DNA of 55,539 nucleotides, filler included, from Sphacelaria rigidula (lineage: Eukaryota), in the NCBI GenBank assembly GCA_964200075.2. It is 5 parts of 5 records of this genome, joined end to end, with 100 filler letters (N's around TTAATTAATTAA, not from the genome) between each part and the next. Parts side by side here need not be neighbours in the genome. Positions count along the whole stretch, not along the records: positions 33,388 to 44,414 come from CAXNAA020005513.1; positions 44,515 to 55,539 come from CAXNAA020005514.1; 3 more parts are not named here. One strand, 5' to 3'. A model generated the notes under the pieces. It searched no databases, was not told where the DNA came from, and saw only the letters and a program-made list of their open reading frames with translations. The position numbers and the translations under genes are program-made. This document shows, one piece after another, positions 38,461-49,330 of the stretch. Numbering within the stretch: the first letter of the stretch is position 1; the number at the start of each line of letters is the position of its first letter.

Positions 38461-39335
38461 ATATGAAATATTCTCCATCAATCGAAATACACATAAATCC
38501 GCCAGGCATTAATCAAGTTCTAGAACATCCAAGCATGTTGACAAGGTGACTTTGTCATTGTCTAGACACTGAGACTCGATATCATCGACACCGTGATTTC
38601 GGAGAACTCAGAAGTGTTTGGGGCTGGCAAGGTACCTGCTGACTCTCACATGCCCACGAGCGCCACGGCGTACCCACAGAGCAGCTCTCCGAAGTGCTAC
38701 GTTGCAGTCCCCGGATTTCTGGGACTTATCCGAAAATGAAGCTTCGGAAGAGAAATTGAACCGCGTCGCTTGCGGAAAAGTCTGATCGCGCAGTCCGAAG
38801 AGTCCGAAAATTTCTGAGACCTTCGAAGGGACAGTTTCGATAATAATATACCTGACGCGACCCATCTGCTCGGTACTTGCAGGTACTGACATGTAATTTG
38901 CATGCAGTCTACTTTGACGTTCAAGGCAGCTTCAAAGTAAACACCCAAGTCAAGACCACGAACCTTGCTCTTCTCCGCAGAGATGTCATCGCAGTGACTT
39001 GGTCTTGACTGGTGTATTTACCTTGTAGCTGCCTCGAACAGCGCAGTAGACCGCAGGCAAACCACCGTTCAGAACCTGCAAGTACGGAACAGATTGGTCG
39101 TTTCGGCATCTGGTGTCTGCTAGTACCGAGAAGATGGGTTGTCTAGGCATCTAGTACCTTCAAGTGCCGACAATCAGTTCTGTCGATGCGGTCATGGCCT
39201 GCGTGGTAGGCGCCGACACCTTTCAACAATACACTGGAGCCAACCCTTTCCCACCACAATCCACGTGCGAGAGTGACTCCCGCGCGAGTCACGGGTGCCT
39301 GGATTTTGTTTTTTCGGAATCCCCGCTCTCCTCCC

Positions 39336-39544
39336 TGTAATGCATGAGAGGAGTGCGTACTTAGAGGACCGCATCGGAATTTGAACATCCCTATGGTCAG
39401 GGTCAGGGTTAGGTTTAGGGTTAGTGTTGGGGTGAGGGTCAGGAGCGTGGTCCCTGTAGGGGCTGGCCCGAGAAAAACGTCGATCCTAAGGTGTTACGAA
39501 CTACGGCGCGGTCCTCCAAGCACGCGGTCCGCTCACCCATTACA
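39336..39544 (+). mobile_element. Telomeric-repeat MITE
   Basis: TIRs; perfect 5-bp TSD CTCCC. Confidence 0.92.
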
Positions 39545-39696
39545 CTCCCTTTCGAGGCACACCGTGTCGTCGTCGTGTCGCTCTAGTCACCTCGCCTGGC
39601 TTCCGCTACCCCAGACACGATAAACGCACGGCCTGGGTTTGCTCGGGGCGCGGTCTGTGCATTCATGGAGTCCGTGACGTCCTCCGGGCATGTCCG

Positions 39697-39756
39697 TTAT
39701 GGGGTGTTCAAATTCCAATGTGGTCCGAAACGCACGCGATTCTGGCACACATTACA
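39697..39756 (-). mobile_element. Old fragment of telomeric-repeat MITE (one end)
   Basis: TATGGGGTGTTCAAATTCCAATGTGGTCC...CACATTACA. Confidence 0.65.
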
Positions 39757-39779
39757 CCTCTGCCATCGCGGCCTCATCG

Positions 39780-40290
39780 AACAGATGCCGGGGCACGCAC
39801 CCCTCGCGGCCGCGTCCCCGATGGAAGAAGTCAAGGAAGTGGATACCTGGCGAACAGCAAGGCCGTTGGGACTGATCACCTGTGTGGCGAACTATTCAAT
39901 TTCGGCCTCACCAAGGACCCTGCCATGCTAAGGGCTTTCAAGACGTCGTGCTTCCGGTGTACCACCGGTAAGTAGTGCCACAGGAATTCAAAAACTCTGT
40001 CATGAAGGCGCTATTCAGGAAAGAGGGCTATCACGAATGTGGTAACTACTGTACCGCGGCATCTCGCCAGGGTTCCACGTGGGCAAGGTGATTCTCAGGG
40101 TAGCTGCGATTCACTTCAGCGCACACTGCGCGGGGAGGGGGAATCCTACCAGAGAATCAGTGCGATTTTGGACCCGGCCGGTCGGCAGTTGACACGATGT
40201 ACGTGGTGCGCCGACTCCAAGAACTGACTGGAGAGAAGAATCTTTCGGTGAAACTGTTTTCCATCGACCTCACAAATGGCGCACGGCTCA
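39780..40290 (+). pseudogene. MIF4G (eIF4G-like) domain pseudogene fragment
   Basis: LGLITCV/GELFNFGL (frameshift) resembles the MIF4G GNxxFIGELF motif; downstream YVVRRLQELTGEKNLSVKLFSIDL resembles the last MIF4G helices; GTAAGT donor at 39968. Confidence 0.4.
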
Positions 40291-40321
40291 GTCGGCCACT
40301 ACACCTCTTGACAGGTCCTGT

Positions 40322-40532
40322 TGTAATGGGTGACAGTACGGCGTGCTTAGGGGATCGCGTCTTAGTTCCAAACACCTGAGGGTCGACGTTTTTCAAAACC
40401 AATTGCGCCAATCTCTGCAGGGACCACGCCCCTTACCCTAATCCCAACAATAGCCCTTATCCTAACCCTGACCATAGGGGTGTTGAAACTCGGATGCGGT
40501 CCCCTAAGCACGCGGTTCTCTCACGCATTACA
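40322..40532 (-). mobile_element. Telomeric-repeat MITE
   Basis: TIRs; 4-bp TSD CTGT. Confidence 0.9.
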
Positions 40533-40534
40533 CT

Positions 40535-41990
40535 GTCACGATACGGTGTCCCCGCCAAGGTGATTTCCATCATCGGTTAGTTCCACGCGCATGCATGCCG
40601 GCGAGCATGCAATGTTACGGCGGCGAAATTATCGAGTGGTTCAATGTTGATCAGGGTCTCCCCCAAGGCTGCGTGATCCACTCACGATTTGTGCAGCATC
40701 TTCTTTGCGGGAGTGCTGAGGGTGACGGTCGACCGCTTCTCGATCGCTGAAGCGGCGGTGGATGACTACACTGATATCGCTTCTGAAGTGGGACAACCAG
40801 GAACGAGCTTTGTGGGGTGCTTCGGCCATAGTGTACGCCGACATATGCTGGCATCGCGTTGCGATCTCGATTAGACCCGACAAACATGGTCGCAACCATA
40901 GTCGAAGTCTGTGAGGCGTCCGGTTCTGTCGTGGCGAAAAACAAGACATCAACCACACGGGTGGCCACTGGGGTGCCTGTATCTCAAAGTTGGACGTTAT
41001 AGACCTTGCGCGACGTATGTGACGTTCAAATTTGAGGTTGCAGCTACCCCAGTCGCCACCCGTGCATGCACATGCGCTTCTCAAGCGTGACGGTGAATGC
41101 GATAAAGGTGGAGGCGGTAGGCGAAACGTAGAAGCAGTTTAAGGTTTTTCTTCTGTCACCGCCGCATCGACCGGGCTCGAAAGTGCTTCGTCAAGTACAG
41201 CAACCCGACATTCGACGACCTGTACATCGTTGTGGCCGAAACGATTTTTTCTCTGAAGGCAGAAGTGATCGAGATCGTACCCTCTCGCTGAGCGACCTGG
41301 ATGTTTTCGCCTTATGATCTCGACCCGTTGCGGAGAGTCCACCGTGGGTTCTTGCTGAGGTGGCTCACCGAGCATATCTTGATCCACAGCACTCCCCACT
41401 ACTACACAATGCCATCATACCACGAGGGTTTCGGGAGAACTTGCTGCGACTGTACCGAGGTTACCATAATAAGAGAAATCCTACGATACGCCGGCCGCGT
41501 CGCGGGCATGCACGATGGGCGCCCCCCCAGCATTATCATGCGTAAGAAAATGGTCGAACAGGAGAAGGCGAGTCAACCTGCGAAACGCTCGCAACGCTGT
41601 CCCCCATGGGTACTACTGTAAAGCGTGAGAGGACCGCGTGCTTAGAGGACCGCGTCGGAAGTCGAACATCCCTATGGTTGAGGTTAGGGTTAGGGTTAGG
41701 GTGAGGGTTGGGGTTGAGGTCAGGGTCGTGGTTCCTGTAGGGACTGGTCCGATTGGTTTTGGAAAACATCGATCCTGAGGTGTTTGCACGGTGCGGTCCT
41801 CTAAGCACGCGGTCCTCTCGCGCATTACACTACTCCATCTTTGTACTAGACGCGACATGATGAACGAAAATCACCCCAATATGGTTCCGGATGGTATCGG
41901 TTTGCAAAGGAAGGAGCTGTGAAGTACATCACAAATTGGACCAGTGGGCGCCATACAAAGGAAGCTTCCGCTGCGTTACCACTAGAGATT
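40535..41990 (+). mobile_element. Decayed RTE-clade LINE reverse transcriptase, interrupted by a MITE at 41617-41829
   Basis: RYGVPAKVISII, WFNVDQGLPQGCV, IFFAGVLRV, VYAD, LRRVHRGFLLRW, YAGRVAGMHDGRPP. Confidence 0.8.
41617..41829 (+). mobile_element. Telomeric-repeat MITE
   Basis: TIRs; 4-bp TSD CTAC. Confidence 0.92.
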
Positions 41991-42216
41991 CTTCTGTCTC
42001 TCTCGAAGGTCGCCGAAGCGTAATGAGTCACCCATGACGTAGTATACTCGCTAGTGCGTCTCTGTTTTCCGGAGACCGTTCGTAATTTCTCCGGGGGTAC
42101 CCGGGGGAGTGTTTCACTCTCTCTTGACGTCCATCAAGATCCTTTACTCTACTGATAGATATGATCTGTTTGCTTACCACATCCTGACCAACGTGGGGGG
42201 AGAGGGGGCGGGAGGG

Positions 42217-42440
42217 TGTAATGTGCGAGGGGACCGCGTGCTTGGGAGACCGCATCGGAGTTTTAGCACCCCTTTGGTTAAAGGTTAGGGTTAGGGTTGG
42301 GGTTAGGGCTAAAGTTGGGGTTAGGGCCAGGGGCGTGGTTCCTACAGGGATTGGCCTGATTGGGTTCGATAAACGTCGATCCTGGGGTGTTGTGAACTAC
42401 GATGTAGTTCCCCAAGCGCGCGGTCCTCTCACGCATTATA
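42217..42440 (+). mobile_element. Telomeric-repeat MITE inserted at a LINE 3' junction
   Basis: TIRs; long GGGTTA-type tract; flanks AGGG/GGGG. Confidence 0.9.
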
Positions 42441-42510
42441 GGGGTACTCATTTGTTGCTTGCCCTAGTCATGTGACCATTGACCACGCATCCCTTTCGAG
42501 ACGGAGCACT
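42441..42510 (-). mobile_element. 5'-truncated LINE 3' end
   Basis: Reverse complement matches 27341-27410; G-rich tracts on both sides (42195-42216 and 42513-42533). Confidence 0.8.
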
Positions 42511-43894
42511 TGGGGGGGGGGGAGAGAGGGGGGCTTAATTTTCTATTTCTCGATGTTTCTATCTTTTTGACCATTATTTTTATTCTTTGTTCTCGGAGTC
42601 TTACTCGTAGATAAAGCCGCGCAATGAGCTCTTCTATCTATCTCACGTAAAGATTAGTAGTGAAGGTACTGGACAGGCGAACCTACGTCTGTGACCACGG
42701 GTTTTAGAAATTGACGAGTGCTCAAAACCAAGTATGGTTCTAGAGATTCGCGAGAGCAAGATTTCCGGAGCTGCTTGAAAGAAACCGTTCATCCGACCTT
42801 GAGTTAAACCGGGCGCACTGAAGATCGGAAAAGTGCGTTAGAAGCCTCGCAGGGAGTGCAGCGCCGAGTCTCTCTGGGGTTGCACAACCCACCGAACACC
42901 GTACTCTGGCGAGACTCGGCACGGAATCGCCAAAAAAGGCGTCTTTGGGAGATATTACACATCGCTTCTACAGGATCGCATGTTGAGAACCTGCATCACG
43001 CTTCAAACAACCATATACGTGTGGCGAGACCTACGGAGTCGACGTAGACATAGATCTCGACTTGTGAAGTTGAACGGCACTATAGTATCATGGTCGTAAG
43101 CTGCGACCATCAGATATGATATGACAAGAAATACTCCACAAGTCTTCTACCGTAGGCCGGAGCAGCATGAGAACTGCGAAATGGAGAACACGCTGGATCA
43201 AAAGCACTGACGTCCAACCGTCCACCCACCCACCCTCCAGGATATCGTTCCCTTTGGACGGTGGTGTAGGATCCCCGAGGTTCACTAATGAAATACAACG
43301 TTTGGATGCCTGCTTAATCGCCGGTCGGAACAGTCTGGACAAGTCATAGGGCAACAACATCGATCCTGACGGAGGAACGACACCAGAACCCTGCTGCGGT
43401 AATATCCTTCAATTATAAATAATGGTGAATATCGCACGCATTTGATTACTCGGTTCATGTTTGCAATGGTGGTTGTGGCCTTTCATTGAGGGTGAGGGCG
43501 CCTTGATTTGTGCATATAAGACCTTTGCATGAGTACGTGACTCCGATACTCGCAATTTTGAACAGATTACACAGTTTGCGCCTCGCATTTTATTTACCGT
43601 TCTTTCATTTCCCCTGGGCACCCGGTCGACCGCATGTATCACCCCTGCCGCCATTCCCCTCGATGCGTCCCACATCCGTGGTTGAGGATAGATCTTAACC
43701 GAAATACTACGAACGTACAGTGCAGGTGGAAGTTCTGCGGGGAACTGCCGCGGGTCGCGGTGAACACGGGGAGCATCGTGAACGGAGCGAAGTACCCAGT
43801 CCTAAGAAAAGGGAAACCACACGGTGACAGCACTTTTCAATGAAACACAGGCGCCAGGCGCGACCACTGATGGATCAGCTGTAGAAGACTAGGG

Positions 43895-43942
43895 TGTACT
43901 CATCATCATGCATGCCATAGTCATAAAGACCATTGACCTCGC
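43895..43942 (-). mobile_element. 48-bp retroposed LINE 3' tip
   Basis: Perfect 12-bp TSD AGAAGACTAGGG; second copy at 52796-52840. Confidence 0.8.
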
Positions 43943-43967
43943 AGAAGACTAGGGGGTGGCAGAGGGT

Positions 43968-44171
43968 TGTAATGCCCGGGAGGACCGCGTGCTTAGGGAA
44001 TCGCACCGTAACTCAAAATACATCAGGATCGACGTTTTCCTAAACCAATCGAGCCATTCCCTGAGGGACCACGCCCCTGACCCTAACCCCAACCCTAACC
44101 CTAACCCTCACCATAGGGATGTTTAATTTCCAATACGGTCTCCTAAGCATGTGGTCCCCCCACGCATTACA
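43968..44171 (-). mobile_element. Telomeric-repeat MITE
   Basis: TIRs; CCCTAA tract; flanks AGGGT/ATGGT. Confidence 0.9.
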
Positions 44172-44352
44172 ATGGTGTTCAAATCCACCCTTTTCAATAC
44201 TGCGGAGCACTGCCAGCGCACAATCGTTGATGACTTTGTTCGTTGGGTGGTATCGATTACATTCTGACGTCAAGTGTACTGCCGGAATCGTTGGTATCAA
44301 CAATGAGGCGAACCTTGGAAGAACAAACCGGAAGGCGTTCTTCACCGCTCTT

Positions 44353-44414
44353 AACACTATATTCGTGAGATTCAGAACGTAGTTTCAGATTCAGAGTCAG
44401 ACCCGAAACAATTG
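44353..44414 (+). mobile_element. Left end of AACACTATATTCGTGAG TIR element, cut by the contig end
   Basis: Near-identical to 46031-46092. Confidence 0.8.
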
Positions 44415-44514
44415 NNNNNNNNNNNNNNNNNNNNNNNNNNNNNNNNNNNNNNNNNNNNTTAATTAATTAANNNNNNNNNNNNNNNNNNNNNNNNNNNNNN
44501 NNNNNNNNNNNNNN
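44415..44514. other. Artificial contig linker
   Basis: N44-TTAATTAATTAA-N44. Confidence 0.97.
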
Positions 44515-45527
44515 CATTCACTGATTGACCGCTTTTCACTCTCAATCGTATCATCTACTCTCAATCTCACGAAAACACTGTTTCCAGAAGAATATATCTG
44601 GGGAAAGTGCCTTCTTTTACACTTCCGCGACAATATTCCCTTGAAAAGAGACTTGGGCTAGCTACAAGGAGGCCGAGTCATCCACATCGAAATGACTTGC
44701 TCCTCTATCTGAGAGAATTCCGGCACACGTTTGCATCCTCTTTCCTGTACGTATTCCTTTTTTTTTCTGAGGCGCATTATCACCGTTTCCGGTGCACATA
44801 GTTTGACCTTAAGAGGTCTCAAGGGGTTTCCGCGCTGATTGCGAAGAAACGTCAAGCATTGTCGGTGCAAACGTACCAAGGACATGGAGGTTTCGCCCGA
44901 CTTTGATCGCTTTTCTAAGAAATTGCTGGCCCGATCAAAGCGTTCATCGCGCCCACCGGGAAACACAGGTGTGCCCCGCACTCATCTCAAACAGTGAAGG
45001 AGAGAGAGACAGAGCAAGTAAGTGCTTCCGAGGTGTCAGAAAGCGCCTAGCCCTCGTCCCGAGCGGAAAATGTCGCACAAAATTGCCACAGAGAAACTTT
45101 ATAGAAGAGCTAGGACAAGGGTCTGTCGAGAGACAGTGTTCTGAGAGTGTTCCCGAGGATTCTCTTTCTTGGGATCAGGCCGACGAGGCCGCTTCTTCAT
45201 GGTCCAGAAATACATCATATCTATCTATTATGGGAAACCGCATTTTTCGTCCTCCTGCGTCCTTTCACGGCGAGAAATAGGGATATAGTAGATGATGGAC
45301 GTATTCTGCCACCTCGGAATGACTACTTGCTCGCTCTCTCTTCTCTCTACTCTTTTTTGAGACGAGTCTGAGCCACCTTCGCGTTTTCTGGTGGGCGCAG
45401 TACTTGCGATACTTTATACTATGCGTCTGACAACTCATGAGCTACCTTGAATAACTGATCCAACAGAACTCTCAGCTCCCTTCTCCAAAAACGCGACATG
45501 CGTTACGGCAGGGTCCGAGAAGCCAGA

Positions 45528-45964
45528 AACACGGGATTTTACAAATTGGGGACGGATTTTTTATTGGGAATGAGAACCCGGATAATTAAAATCTTCGTAT
45601 CCTCACCAAATCTTCGAAATATGATCTCAATTCTTTACTTACTGGTAGCTATTGACAACTACTACACGCCAAACCAACTTGGATTTCGATAACCGAGATT
45701 TTGGGGTCCTAGATGAAAAACCATTTATTATGGAGTCCGATCGGATCACCTGAATTCCTCCAAATTGGTTTCTCACCTAGGACCCCAACATTTCGGTTAT
45801 CGAAATCCAAATTTGTCTGGCGTGTAGTAGCTGACAGCAGCTACGAGTAAGTGAGGAAATGAAATCATACTCCGAAGAAGGTTTGGTGGGGATACGAAGA
45901 TTTCAATTCTCCGGGTTCTCACCCCCAATAAAAAATCAATTCCCAATTTGTGAAATCCCGTGTT
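45528..45964. mobile_element. Fold-back MITE with ~195-bp arms
   Basis: AACACGGGATTT...AAATCCCGTGTT; arms complementary up to ~45723/45762; 4-bp TSD CAGA. Confidence 0.88.
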
Positions 45965-46030
45965 CAGAGCGCTACTTTTGCGCTAGTCCGCATGCTCGGC
46001 GTCCAGCGCCACACACAGGTGGTAGCAAAT

Positions 46031-46476
46031 AACACTATATTCGTGAGATTCAGAACGTAGTTTCAGATTCAGAGTCAGACCCGGAACAATTGACTTTCCC
46101 NNNNNNNNNNACAGTTCGAGGAGTAATGCGCCCAGCTGGTGAAGCGGCGGCTTCAGTGGTAGCTGTCACCTACACGATCAATTTGACACATCAGTTGATC
46201 GCAACGACGTAGTCAGTCCATTGCAGCAAAAGATCCCCTCTTTCAGGAAAAATCGATTCGTGCCTGAAACAGTTTCAGTTCCGGAATGCCCCCCATGCGT
46301 AAAAATGCTTTGTGCGGTATCTCACCAACCCCGCCGCCGAATTCCTCGGGGTGCTATGCGGTAGCTGCATGCACAGAACGTGTGCTCAAGCAAAAAAAAA
46401 AAAGTTGCCCGTTAGGAACGCTAGAGCATCCACTCTGAATCTGAAACTACGTCCTGAATCTCACGAATATAGTGTT
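46031..46476. mobile_element. TIR element (contains a small N gap)
   Basis: ~45-bp TIR AACACTATATTCGTGAGATTCAG.ACGTAGTTTCAGATTCAGAGT; flanks AAAT/GAAT. Confidence 0.8.
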
Positions 46477-46829
46477 GAATATGGAAAAGGGGGTCGAATG
46501 AGGTAACTCATTTGCGGATCAGCACACTAATAAGAAGTGATATTGAGGTAGCTCATGAGCTAGGCCGTTTGACGTCCAATATTCACCCAGGCTTGAAATC
46601 TCTCGGACAAACTGTCAAACTCCAGAAAAACTTGATTATTTTTTTACCTTTTCGCGCAGATGGTGTTCGGGGGGATTGACGCGGAAGATCTCCAATCCAC
46701 TCCAAGGTCAAACTGTGTGCACCGGGAAATGGTGAGCAAATGATTCCGAGGTGGCCGGATCCGCCTAGCCCTTCTCCCGGGCGAAAAACGTTGCGGAAGG
46801 ATCAAAAAGGCATTTTTCCGAGACACGTC

Positions 46830-47110
46830 TTGTATCTTATTCTATTCGCTCTTTACTTTCCTCTTCTTTTCCTCTTTTCTGTTTTAGGTCGGCCATTTAT
46901 TTCTGTGTTTTTTGCTTGATTTTACTTTTTTATTACTTTTTTTGTAACGACTTGGTCTGCTATGTCTTTCTGTTCGATTTTTTTTCTCCCTGTTCTTTTT
47001 TTCAGAGCGTGTTTCAGTTTCGTTTTTCTTGGGTACGTCTACCATGAGACCACGGCTGGATCATGACCCCTGGGGCGTCAGTTAAAGTGCGACAATCAAT
47101 CAATCAACCA
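46830..47110 (+). mobile_element. 3' end of (ATCA)n-tailed retroposon
   Basis: T-rich body, then GAGACCACGGCTGG...CAGTTAAAGTGCGACAATCAATCAATCAA. Confidence 0.75.
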
Positions 47111-48559
47111 CTCAACGTCTCTTTCTTGGATCATGACAGAATGGCCTAGCAGGCAGCGTTGGCCTAGCAGGCAGCGTTGGCCTAGCAGGGACCGTCCTCA
47201 ATGGTTTTTGCTTTGAGGTTTTCGGTTGACTTTATTGTTTGTCATCGCATTGCTCACTTGCTCGGAAACTGTTCAGGAAAGGGCTGGTCGAATAAACGAA
47301 TGACGCAATTTTGTCGGGAGATCAAAACTAGCTTTCAAAATGCGCCGGAAATTATTATCCTCTGCCTAAAAAGAGAACTAGCACGTACTGGCAGGAACAC
47401 TTGAAAAATAAGTTTGTGTCTGGGGGAACGTCCAGCGTTCTCCCTTCTGAAGGAAGATATTTGCTTGTCGAGCGGTCGCAAATCGGCGTGACGTCAACAT
47501 ACCACCGTCACGTTGCTCTTCCATCGCACTCAATGGTGTCTCGGGCAGACGCTTCCACGATGATTTGCTACCGTACTCGCCACGCGCGTGTGCTTTTCGA
47601 TTGCAAGCCTGTTCCGCCCCCCCTCATATAAGATCGACTCTTATCTCTTGACTGTAAGATTGCAATTGGGTCAACGACTATCATCTTGGGTGTTCCAATC
47701 TCGCAATAACTTCAGTTGCTTCTTGATCCAGCGGCTGAAGACACCATACCACAACACACTACACCACACTCAACAACATTCGGGACGCATGTACAACTAT
47801 ATCGTAACAGCACGAGCTCATCGTGCCAACCCGTCCCTTTGCCCCACCCGACACAACGCCGCACGACACAAAGGCAAACACACTATTGATATCAAACACG
47901 CCTATCGAACACCATCTGCGCAACGAACAAAGCACGCTCATCGATAGATCGCGCATCCTGGGATGGCTGCCGCATGCATTCGGCGCACCGGACAACACAA
48001 ACCAAACCAAACCGAACACAGACAATAGACAAGAGCAACAGCAACAACAACAGCGACGTCCGGAGCAACACCACACCCTCCCTGCAGGCCGGGAGTATGA
48101 ATGTATAACACGCAAAACGGCAAAGCAAAGAAAAGAAAAAAAAAAGAAAAGAAAAAGAAGAGGAGAAAAACAGAAAAACCCAAGGGTAACAACTTGGAGA
48201 AGATTGACAGTCAACGTCTCGTGTGCCCAAAAAACACGTATGCTTTTCGTATCCAGGGCTTCATACCCGTGACAGCCCAAGAAACATCCAGCTATCCCGA
48301 GCGTCAGTCCCGTACCGCAATCGCAAGCTCGCCAAAACCTTGGCTGACGTAACCCTAACGTAATGTGTAACGTAACGTAACCGGTCACTGCGGAGGTATC
48401 CGAATTGCGATCAGCTACCTACAGCATTACAACAACAAACACAACAAAACGAGGCCACGGTGATCGAAGTACGGGTTTATTTGAAATTATGATGCCGGAG
48501 TAGGAGCGCAAAGAGGGTCCCGTATCTTCCCGATCATCAGCAGTACACTACACTACACT

Positions 48560-49330
48560 ACACTCCATGGGCATCATTCATTCCGTGCTCACCCGGCATC
48601 ACTGCACCCGATCCTTCATCGCGGGGTAATGTTCCCCATACGGCCACAGGTACCCTCAATGGTCTGCGAATGATACATGCATCTTCAGTCAGCGCGAGGG
48701 AGCACCCTCAATCGCTAAAAGCGCTATCTTTATCATCGCGGACATATACTCTTTTGCTGGTCAACACATGCTACCCTCCTATTTTCACAACGAGTATCCT
48801 CACATGTCCTCACATGTCACGCAGCAGTGTTATCGACCGTCATGAAATCAGAAGCCTGTGTCGCAGTCAAGGGGCATCATCGAGCGTCGGTGAAGCTGTC
48901 CGAATAAACGGCGATGGGGTGGCTTCAATTGTCACGTCTCTCGATGATCACATCAAAACATACCTGAAAAGGTCCGTGAGTTTCCCGCAACTAACCAGAC
49001 CACTGTACCCCCAATGGTCATAAACGTGTGCACCCTCAACCGTCAGGACAAGTCTCAGTCATCATGAGCACTGCCCCATGAATCATCACGAAGGGATACC
49101 CCAAACAGTCATGATGAGTCGAAATGATCAAGAGCACACTTCACCCTGAATTGTCTCGAAGTTATACCCCCCAATGGTCGCGGATAATCTCGCATGTCAT
49201 CAATAAAACCGTAGCCTGGATCGTCACAAAGGTGTACTGTACCGTCCACGGTCACTAATCCCGTCAACCCTCACGAGCACGATACGGCACCCTTAATCGT
49301 CACAAAAGATGGCCTCGAATCATGCCTACC
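48560..49330. repeat. Highly degenerate tandem array
   Basis: Recurring (T/A)CACCCTCAAT.GTCA / CCCCCAATGGTC / TCATCAC motifs. Confidence 0.45.

Noticed and set aside
38921-39109. VLAGSER as kinesin switch II motif
   Set aside because: Flanking residues do not match kinesin and it lies on a different contig from the kinesin gene
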